From Felis catus (lineage: Eukaryota): a stretch of DNA of 64,000 nt. The stretch spans positions 89,592,001-89,656,000 of the forward strand of contig NC_058368.1 in the NCBI RefSeq assembly GCF_018350175.1, given 5' to 3'. The position numbers and the translations under genes were made by a program. The notes below the pieces were generated by a model, which saw only the letters and a program-made list of their open reading frames with translations, had not been told where the DNA came from and did no database searches. Position 1 is the first letter of the stretch; each line of letters opens with the position of its first letter. Shown piece by piece: positions 12,841-23,341 of this stretch.

Positions 12841-15496
12841 ATAAACATTAAAAAATCTAAAAATTATTTAAAAAGAGTGAGGCCCAATTGATGGGGTGTT
12901 GGGTTCTCTGGGAAAAAAAAGAATAAGAAATTAATAATCAGAGATTAACAAGCAAAACATTGCCAAGATAAAGTAGGGATACCAAGTAAGCTCACAACGT
13001 GATCTCCCTCTTTGAGGCACAGCACAGAAAACCATTACTGACCCTTGGCTCCAGGGACATGCTGGAAGGAATAGGAAGTCAAAATGAGATCAACTGTATG
13101 TTCCAAAGCTGTGTCTTGGACAAGTCATGTACTCGTCATATAGTCTGGATTTCCCACTCTGCCATACAGGTACCACTGGGATATGCAAGGTTACCTTTAG
13201 ACATGCATTTATTATTTTAGTGAGGAAATTATCAGAGGGGAATTTATCTAAAAATCATACCCATATCCATATTCATATCCATAGCAGTGTAAGATCTGGA
13301 TATACCTGAGGGAATTTAGGAATATTTAGGAGACATAAATGTCAAAATTTATGATTTTGACATAAATCATAGATTCATAAGATTATTAGAATCATAAATC
13401 ATTAGATTATATGTTCAAGGTGAAGAAAATGAGAGTCAAGAGGACTCAAGAGAGTCAAGGGTGAAGTTGAGTGAAACAAAGAGAAAAGCAGCCAGGTACC
13501 TGATGAGGGGATGGTTGGATTTATAGCAGTATCTCAGCCAATAATTGGAGAAAGAATGATAGACTATCACTACTTTGCATTTACACATGAAAACTGAGAT
13601 GTAAGCAATAATCACCAATGATCACCAACACCATAAAGAGAAAGACAACCAGACAACCAGATGGAAGCCACAACTCAAAAAACAAAATTGTCTTCGCAAT
13701 CAAACCTCAGTCTGACCCAGCTTCTGCAGTCAGCCACATCTAAAGATGGCTTCCCTAAGGGAGCCAGTCCCTGGAGGGGTGAGGTTGGCAATGATGAGGC
13801 TGCTGCTATGATCCAGCCTCCCAAGGTGCCTGGTCCCTGTGCAAAAGCTACCTGACATGGGTGTCCCCCTAGGAACTCTGAGATTTTGGTCTCCCCTCCC
13901 CCCAGATATATAAGTTGGCCACCAGCAGAAACTGGGGGCATGCATGAGACAATGGTGCTCTAGCTCCATGCAGTCATTTCCAGGTAAGGAGGAATAGGCA
14001 GTGGCAGAAGCCTGAGCCTTCCTCTTCCCCTTGGGGCTCCCCTCATCCTGGCAATGCATGAGTCATCAGTTAGGCAGGAATCCATAGAGCAAAAATTATT
14101 ATTCACCCTTTAGTGAGGCACCTGTAAAGTATCTGCCGGCATCAGTATTTTGTTCCAGGAGGTTAAATCCACTGAGAAGGTGGAGGATGGGAGGAGCCCT
14201 GGGGGGAGTGGGGTCCTCAGATACGTGAGCCTTCAGGAACCAGGATAAGGCTCAAATCCCAGTCGGAGTCCTGGAACTGAATCTCCCGTTACAGGCCGGT
14301 CTGTCCCACTGAATACAGCTCCAGCAAGACTCAGGAGAGGCATTCCTTGTCTCCCAGGCAGTCCCTGGTATTTGTAACCTTGAGTACCATCCCACCAGTG
14401 TGGATCCTGAATCCCTGCCCTGGGGTAGAATGCTCATCTTCAGGAGGACCCTATCTCTGGACAAGGCCTTTGCTCCCTCCTTCCCCCACCCCAAGCAGAA
14501 CGTCTCTTGACTGCCCAGGATAAAGGGATCCACAGACATCTCAGGAAAGGCTGTTCAATGAGCTGGCATTCAAGCCCTCACAGAATACTACCAATAGCCA
14601 TGAGCCCTCCTCCTGCTGCCTCAGTTTCCCTATTCACATAATGGGGTCCTCAATGTACTTTGGGTGTAAAAGTGAATGAGACAGAGCCTGTGTCCTCAAG
14701 GCAGTGGGAGAATGACTAGAATTCAAGTGCAATGGTAAGGATAAAGGTATAGGAGGGGACATGGCAGTTTCAGCTGGTAAGTTGAGTGGGGTCTATTGAC
14801 TAGGCCCCACAGCAGATCCCAGATGGAGGTTTGGGGCCCCAAAGCCCAAGTGCAGCTGTGCGGGGCTTGGAGAGGAGCATCCATGGAAGCAAAGCAGGGT
14901 GTCAGGCTTGGGGAGAGGGCAGTGATAGCTCCTCCTGAAGTCCTGGAGACCTTGAGCCCCAGAGTCATCAGTCTGCCCCCTAGGGCTTGTGTGTCCCTGG
15001 TTTTCTCTCCTGGTAGGGTAACCAGGTAGGGGCCTTAGGGAGAGGCAGGACCAAGAGTAGGATCAGGGTCTCAGGGGAGGGAGGAGACCAGATGATCCAC
15101 GTGAGAAAGTCTAGGAAGGGAAGTGTAAGAGGAAGAGTAAATAGAAGAGGTGAAAGGAGGGAGTAAGGGGAGGGGTGGGAGCTGTGTTCCTGCCCTCACT
15201 CAAGCTGGAGGTAGGAGCAGGCAGCCTGTGGGTAGGGTTGGATATGGGAGCCCCAGCTAAATACCCTCCTCCATCCAGGAAAAAAAAAAAAAGTCATGAG
15301 TCCAGTTCTGGCTAAGAGACTGTCAACAGCATGTGTGCCTCTGTGAGACATCTCTGCCTAGCACCCTCGGCCCCCAAGTCTCTGCTTACCAAGGCTGCCT
15401 CCCACAGGCCTTGGGTTACAGAGAACCGGTCCTCTGTGAGCTAGCAGCAGTTCTGGATCTTCAGTTTCCTGGGATGGGAAAGCCCATCAAGCCTTC

Positions 15497-15974
15497 TGTG
15501 GTAGGCTAAATGATGGGCCTGCGAATATGTCCACATCCTGAATCCCAGAACCTGGGGATATATTACCTTAAATGGCAAAAGGGCTTTGAAGAAGTGACCA
15601 AGTTAAAGATTTTGGAGATGGGGAGATTGTTCTGGATTATCGGGGCAGGCTGCATGCCCTAGTAAGAGGGAGGGAGGAGGAATCCATCAGAACTAAGACA
15701 GTGTGATGGTGGAAGCAGAGACTGAAGAGGTGTGATTTGGAGATGGAGAAAAGGGCCACGAGGCACAGAATAGAATACAGACAGCTGCTAGAGGCTGGAA
15801 AGGGCAAGTAAATGGATTTTCACCTCAGACCTTCCAGAAGGAAGCAGCCCTGCAGCGCATTGACTTTAACACAGTAAAACTCCTAACCTCCAGAACTGTG
15901 AGAGAATGATGTGTGTTGTTTTAAGCCACTAAGCTTGTGGCACTTTGTTCCAGTGGCAACAGGAAACTCACACA
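15497..15974 (+). mobile_element. MLT1-type MaLR solo LTR
   Basis: TGTGGTAGGCTAAAT start, TTACCTTAAATGGCAAAAGGG, and TGTTGTTTTAAGCCACTAAG...AGGAAACTCACA end. Confidence 0.85.
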
Positions 15975-16971
15975 TTCAGCCCCCAACCCCAGGGGATAGT
16001 AGGCAGGCTGCTCTCAAGGTGCCTGGAGGCAGCGGCCTCTGATCTGCCCTAAACCTCCTCGTTGCTGTCAGCCAGGCTCTCATTTGGCCTGGGGAGCTCT
16101 CTTCTCTACACCCATACCCAGCAGAGCCCCAGACCTTGGCAAGTTAGCCAGGCCCTGCCTGCTGGTCTGCAGCTGCCTTGCCAGTGGGACCCCTGCTGAA
16201 CTCGAAATGGTGAAGGGGACCAGAGATGAATTCAAGCTGCCCTGAAACCAGGATTCCCTGATTAATGTCTCCGTTTAAAGATGAGTAAGACAGTGTTCAG
16301 CTTCAAAACCTTAGAAACACTTTGGAATTTCCCCCTAGACAGCAGGAGGGAACATCTGCCCCACAGCACAGGACAGATCAATACATTAGAAGATTTGGCC
16401 TTCCATAGGAAAGTAAGACTGAAATGGAAGACCAGGGACAGAGTGGGGGAGTGTTCCCAGGGATCTGAGCCATCCTCTCCAGGATCCCCCTCCAGGGTTG
16501 AATGTTTTCATGCTGGACAAGCAGAGCTGGATAAGAGTCTCCCTCAGGTCCACCGGAGTTTCCACTGCTCTGCTTCTCACTCTCTCTTCTGCCCTTAGAG
16601 CTAAGCCAAACCTCCTAGAACCCCCAGTGGGCACTAAATGGCCACCGTTCCCCCAAACCCCAACTCCTTCCTGTCCTTGACTTCCCTTCTCCCCAGAGAG
16701 TAGGATTCCAACCGGAAGAGGCTGGTCACTGAGACCGCCAAGCCCTCACCCACCGACCCACCCACCAACCCACCGTTACCGACCCACCGTTACCGCAAAG
16801 AGGCACCTGTCACCGGAGCCCTTGTGTAGAGACAGGTGGCCCCGCCTTTATTTTTTCTCCTGCCCTCTTCATGCTGCCATCCTCCTTTTAGCCTCTTCTC
16901 TCCATTTTCTTCCCTAGAATTTCTCCACTTTTCTCCATTTTCACTATGCTTTTTAAATGAGTCTGCTCTGT

Positions 16972-17233
16972 GGTGTGTGGGTGTCTCAATCAGTTAAGTG
17001 TCTGACTTCCACTCATGATCTCAGGTTTGTGATCTCAGGTCATGATCTCACGGTTTGTGAGTTCAAGCCCCCACCTCTGGGCTCTGTACTGTCAGCTCAG
17101 AGCCTGGAGCCTGCTTTGGATTCTGTTGTCTCCCTCTCTTTCTGCCCCTCCCCTGCTGGAACTCCGTAATTCTCTCAAAAAAAAAAAAAAAAAAGAAAGA
17201 AAGAAAAGAAAGAAAAAAAGTAAGATAAAATAA
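16972..17233 (+). mobile_element. CAN-SINE
   Basis: TSD TAAATGAGTCTGCTCTGTG at 16954-16972 and 17231-17249. Confidence 0.9.
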
Positions 17234-17269
17234 ATGAGTCTGCTCTGTGCCTTAATGGAAGGAGCATTG

Positions 17270-18170
17270 CTGTCCGCAGACGACCCCTCTTAGGGTCCTT
17301 CTGGGAGCGCTCCCTCGGGTTGGGAACTCAGCTTTTGCCCAAGCACAGAAAGTCCCCCACTACAGTTGGGTCGGTTCGGTTAGCACAGAGGTGGCGCCCT
17401 GAGGGAGTGCCCCAGGGGGCGGTGCATATGCAAATGACTCGGAACCCGCTCTCCTGATTGGTCCTTCTCTGCGTCCTGCCCAGAGACGCATTCTGCCCGG
17501 CAGCCAGCTTGCTCCCGGCTGAGGCTGGGGATGCAACGGTACTTGACCCCAAGCCCCGACTCCCAACCTTCCGCGTCCTTCCAGACCCCGGAGAGGGGCG
17601 CCCTGCCAGCTCCCTTGCTTCCTTCTGCCTCTCTCCGATTCCTCTTTCCTGTATCCCTCTTTCGCCTTCTCTGAGTCCCCTTCCTTGTTTCCTTTGCCCC
17701 TGCGGGTTCTGGCCCCGGTTCTTAATTGCCAGATTCTTCCGTGTTGGGTTTTCTACCCATAATGAAACAGATATGCCCCCACTGTTTTAAGGTGCACGGA
17801 AGCTCACTCAGAGAAACTGCCGCTATCCGCAGCGCCCCCTGGCCTGATCAGGTCCGGCTCATTTAGGGACTCCAGAGGTCGGACCGCGAAGATAATAGGG
17901 TATATGTCCGTGAGCGCTGGGAATGGGCGCCCTGGCCTGAGTGGCACCAGGAGACCATCCCTCTCCCTTACTCTGTGATGAACCTACAGCCTCTCCTTGT
18001 CTGACGCTCTTCTAGGGCCTCATTCATTTCCAGGGGAGGGCACACAGGGATCCTCTGAGAACTTTAGCATGGGGCTGGAGTCTCCTTTGCTGATAGGGAC
18101 CTCAGGAGGAGTTCCTCGGCGCCCCTAAACCTTTTTAGGTTTAGGAATGAAGGGGCGGCGACCTGTTCTC
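17270..18170. promoter_or_regulatory. Small CpG-rich promoter/enhancer-like element
   Basis: GC box GGGGCGG 17416-17422, octamer ATGCAAAT 17428-17435 overlapping the palindrome TGCATATGCA 17423-17432, inverted CCAAT (ATTGG) 17457-17461, and CTCF-like motifs at about 17410-17424 and 17830-17844. Confidence 0.6.
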
Positions 18171-18504
18171 CCACCCACTTCTGGTCAATGGCTACTTCAA
18201 ATGGAGAAAAGATGGAGGTGATAAATCCTATATCTGGTTGGTGATACAGGTCCTCTCACACATCACAAAAGGAAACATCTTTCAGTCAGTTTTGGAAAAC
18301 AATTTGGCAATGTTCCATAGCATTAGAATATATCTACCCTTAGACACCATAATCTCATTCCTGGATATCTATTCTGAGGAAATAATCACTAAGTAAAGAT
18401 CACATTCAAAGATGTTATTAAGCAAAAAAATTTCCTGTACTCTTTAATAATGAGGAGGTAGGTTGCAGTTTATCTCCACCATGGACAAGGGCCTCAGAGT
18501 CACT

Positions 18505-18915
18505 CTTGGGGTTTATAGGATTAGGGCATGGGGATTAGGGTTCAGGTGAGGACCCTAATGTTAAGATTCGAGTTAGGGCCTTAAATTTAAGATCTTACGA
18601 TTAGGGCTTAGGTTGGTACTTTAGGGTTAAGATGACTCTCGGGATTAGAGTCTTTTTATTATTATTATTATTATTATTATTGTTTTAATGTTTATTTATT
18701 TTGAGAGAGAGAGAGAGACAGAGCTCAAGCAGAGAAAGAGGGAGACACAGAATCCAAAGCAGGCTCCAGGCTCCAGCTGTCAGCACAGAGCCAAACGCTG
18801 GGCTTGAACCCATGAACCATGAGATCACGACCTGAGCTGAAGTTGGACGCATGACCTGAGCTGAAGTCAGACACTTAACAAACTGACCCACCCAGGTGCC
18901 CCAGGATTAGGGTCT
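18505..18915. repeat. Degenerate TTAGGG-rich tract interrupted by a minus-strand CAN-SINE (18652-18903)
   Basis: Six dispersed TTAGGG hexamers. SINE TSD GGATTAG(A/G)GTCTT and an (ATT)n tail. Confidence 0.6.
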
Positions 18916-21857
18916 TAAAAGGAATGTGCTAGATCTCTATTAACTGATTCATGTAGATCTCTCAGATGTGTTCAGAAGAGGCAGAGAAGGCATACATTAT
19001 AACCCCATTTTCATAAAACAAATGATGACCAACTTTTTCTGTGTGCCATTTATGTGTATACATTCATATAAGAATATTGTTAACATTGGATAAATGCAGG
19101 GAGGATGGGGGAAAAATAAGACTTTTTAAAGCTGCATTATAAAAGAAGGGTGTCTTTTTACTCCACTAACTTAACAGAGAAGTAACCACTGGTCCCCCAG
19201 CTTCCCTCTTCTTCCTGGTTCTTGTCCACATTTCCACATCCAGTCACTTGTCTGTGGACACCTTGATTTATAAGATGTGAAATACAAATGGTATCCACAT
19301 CCTTCAGGAAAGATCCAGGTCCTGCCACTCATGGCCACAACAGACAAAATAGAACACAACACAAAATGCAGCATCTCAGATAATAAACCTAAGGCTACCG
19401 GGAGAGGGTCTCACCTGCAGAAGCCAGACGTTGTGTTTTTTTCAGGAGACCATTCAGAGGTGGGAGCAGTGGGGACCCCTCTCTCAGGTCAGCCCTTGCC
19501 TCCTCCAGGAGTCCAGGTCTCCCAAGTTGTGATAGACAGTCCCCTTACATGTAAGCCATGTGGGATTTAGCATGTCCTCTGAATCATCCATTACATCTTG
19601 AGGCCCTGAGCTGAGGGCCTGCTTGTTGTGTATCTATTTGATCACTGCTGGAGGAAGGACCAGGAGTTCTGGCCACAGCAATTTTCCCAGTGCCCTGGTG
19701 CCACCATCCCCTGATGCTAGGCATCAGCAGTAGTCAACAAATGCCAGATTCCAACACTAACCAACAAGGGTCATATTGTACCTGTCTCATGTCTGTCATT
19801 CCACAGTGAATGACTCTAGCCCAAGATGTGCTGCTACAGGACCTCCTCCTCCTTAGTACCCTTGAAAGATACCTGGGGGATATTTTCTCTACCTAACACT
19901 AGGCACTCCATTCAGCAGATCCGTCTCTGTCCCAATCTAGAAGAATCTAGCCCTCCTCTGGCACTGGCCTCACAGAACCCTCTGCTCTGGTGTTGGTAGC
20001 GCACCTTGCCTCAGCCTTCCCCTCCTCTTTTAGGACTTATTTCTGATTCAGGTCTCAGGCACCTCATTCTCTTTCATCTTGAAGTGTTGAAGCTCTTCCC
20101 TGTGGCTCTCACTATCCTAGAGCAGGAAATTAAATTGGATTCAGTAAAGCTAGCAATGGAGAAGATGAGTGACTGGTAGTGGTACAGTGGGATGGGAAGA
20201 CAAGGGAAATTTGGGGGGGTTAGAGGCAAGAGAGAAGGAAAAGGTTATGTGGAGGACACCAGACTGTCATCTGTCCAAAACCTGATCCCACATACTGAGC
20301 TGAGCGCCTATGGAGAAGCCCATGGTGTTACTGAAGAGAGGTTTTATGATGCTCTGTACATAAATACAGATGCTTCCATGGCATGACACAGAGAGTAAAT
20401 ATGGGAGGAAGAAGTGGCGCTTTCCCCAGGCTCTACATGGAAGACAGCACCACTGTTGGAACCCTGGGGAATGAGGAGTCAAGACGTATCTGGGCCATCA
20501 CCTCAGCCAACACATGAGCATTCCCATGATAGCCAAGGGGAAATGAGAGGATTCTCTAAAAGGCTGTGGGCTCACAGATGTGGCCAGCAGAAGGGGAGGA
20601 AATCATAAGGGATAAAATGTACTGAATACAAGTATAAGTCAGATACAACAGTTAGCACTTTAGATGATTATCTTATTTAAGTATCAAAATGACACTACAT
20701 GGAATGTAATATTGCACTACAAGTACAGAGTACAGTATATGTACTCAGATTTGAGGGTCAGCTCATATGCAGATAAGTCATGATGTCACTGTCCTCAAGT
20801 TTGCTCTGGATATTAGCTCCATCATCTGTAAAAGAGAAAAAAATAATAGTAACAACATAAATAATAAAAAAGGGTATTAGACACAAAGCACCTGCCATAG
20901 AGGAGGACTTATATAAGCACTCTGTAACTCTCACTTATGATTATCCTTATTTTATCTGTAAGTAAACAGAGGATTAGTAACTTACCCAACACACATATGA
21001 GTCCACATTTGAGTGACTGACGCTGACACAAGAACACAAAATCTTATCCATGGGAATGTACTTGGCCAACAGACTCAAAACATAGTGTCTTCACATAACC
21101 ATGCCCTAATATAAAGGTGGTAAGGGGATTTATGTATCAACCTAAAAGCCTTATACCTATCTACATTATCTTTCAAAAGTAAGGGCTAAAAAAGTCATAG
21201 TAGATATAAAATAAGAGAACTTACTCCCATACAGCCTCACTTAAAGGAACTATTTAATAATAGTATCAGAAAGAACAAAAGTGAGCCTAGAGAACAGGCT
21301 TAGAATACAGGAAAAAGGATCCCAGAAATGTATAATTATGTAATGTAATTAGTATTTTTACCCATTTAAAACACACATGTATAAAAATTGTTATTTTTTA
21401 ATTAATGGGAACAGCTGATAGGTATTGGGACGGTGATAGGATCCTTCAGAGGAGGATACAAATATGGAATAAATGAGACTTTTGTCAGCAAATTTACAGT
21501 CAAACTGACTTGGGTATGGGACTTCCACAGTGGCAGAGTGGGGTGGTCAGCAAAGCCTCTCCTCAAAAAGCAATGTTAGAGACACCAGAACCATAACAAG
21601 ATGGTATAAACTTACTACTGTTCCCTGTGTCTCCCCTCTAATGGAACAAAACACCTCATAAATTATGCAGATAGCAATAAAAAAGGCTCTGAAGACTGGC
21701 AAAATGAAAGTGGACTAACTAGGAACAGGAGGAATGACATATGACAAATTCCTTGTGTATGGGTGTGTGTGTGTGTTAATTTCTCATATATCCAGGACTT
21801 GGTGCCAGAACCAAGAACCTGGGTTCTAGAACCTAGAACCACCAATAGGCATATACA

Positions 21858-21860
<3 letters not shown>

Positions 21861-21899
<39 letters not shown>
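21861..21899 (+). repeat. (CAA)13 microsatellite
   Basis: Direct reading. Confidence 0.95.
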
Positions 21900-22016
21900 A
21901 ATCCTGCTGTCTCTGGCCAAAGGACAAGAATAGAGAAGCCCAACAGAGACTGTATGGAGAGATTCAACCCTCACTCTACAACTGAGTCATCAGCAAACAA
22001 CCCCAACTGCCCATGA

Positions 22017-22018
22017 CA

Positions 22019-22058
<40 letters not shown>
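22017..22058 (+). repeat. CAG-CAA-(CAG)11-CAA microsatellite
   Basis: Direct reading. Confidence 0.95.
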
Positions 22059-22524
22059 AGCCCTTTGTCTCTTTGCCCTTTAACAGTGGCATAAGAAGAC
22101 CTCAAAGAAATGGCTACTGATACCCTATCTTCAACAGGAGGTAGCTCAGGGATACCAGGCAACCCAGTGAACACTCACTGTCCCCACAGAGAGTACTAGC
22201 AGAATTAAGAAGTCCCAGGAGCCCCAGAAGAATAAAGTAGAACAGAATAACATTGCAAATCTCTGGAATTAAACTGTCAAGCTCACAAAAATAGGTCAGA
22301 ACATACAGGCTAACCTTAAACAGCAAAACTACCTTCTAAATAGAATATTGAAATAGGATAAAAAGTCTCTTAACAACATAACCAAAACATTGAGGATATA
22401 ACAGAAAAATCATTCCTCATACCAAGAACCAGTGAAATCACAATTTGAATAAAAGAGTTTGCTGACACCAAAACCAGGATGAGTAAGATGATGGAATGTT
22501 AAATATTTTAAAGCAGTCATCATA

Positions 22525-23341
22525 TGGCCAACAGACACATGAAAAGATGTTCAGCATCGCTCCTTATCAGGGAAATACAAATCAAAACCACACTCAGGTA
22601 TCACCTCACGCCAGTCAGAGTGGCCAAAATGAACAAATCAGGAGACTATAGATGCTGGAGAGGATGTGGAGAAACGGGAACCCTCTTGCACTGTTGGTGG
22701 GAATGCAAACTGGTGCAGACACTCTGGAAAACAGTGTGGAGGTTCCTCAGAAAATTAAAAATAGACCTACCCTATGACCCAGCAATAGCACTGCTAGGAA
22801 TTTATCCAAGGGATACAGGAGTGCTGATGCATAGGGGCACTTGTACCCCAATGTTCATAGCAGCACTCTCAACAATAGCCAAATTATGGAAAGAGCCTAA
22901 ATGTCCACCAACTGATGAATGGATAAAGAAATTGTGGTTTATATACACAATGGAATACTACGTGGCAATGAGAAAAAATGAAATATGGCCTTTTGTAGCA
23001 ACGTGGATGGAACTGGAGAGTGTGATGCTAAATGAAATAAGCCATACAGAGAAAGACAGATACCATATGGTTTCACTCTTATGTGGATCCTGAGAAACTT
23101 AACAGGAACCCATGGGGGAGGGGAAGGAAAAAAAAAAAGAGGTTAGAGTGGGAGAGAGCCAAAGCATAAGAGACTGTTAAAAACTGAGAACAAACTGAGG
23201 GTTGATGGGGGGTGGGAGGGAGGAGAGGGTGGGTGATGGGTATTGAAGAGGGCACCTTTTGGGATGAGCACTGGGTGTTGTATGGAAACCAATTTGACAA
23301 TAAATTTCATATATAAAAAATTAAAAAAACAAGAAAAAAAA
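22525..23341 (+). mobile_element. Young 5'-truncated felid L1 (ORF2 C-terminus and 3' UTR)
   Basis: Uninterrupted 189-codon ORF2 C-terminal frame with the CWRGC...HCWWEC knuckle. Perfect TSD TAAAGCAGTCATCATA at 22509-22524 and 23342-23357. Confidence 0.95.

Noticed and set aside
22017..22058. CAG repeat as a possible polyglutamine exon
   Set aside because: It lies in an old L1-like region with nearby stops (TGA just upstream) and no exon context.
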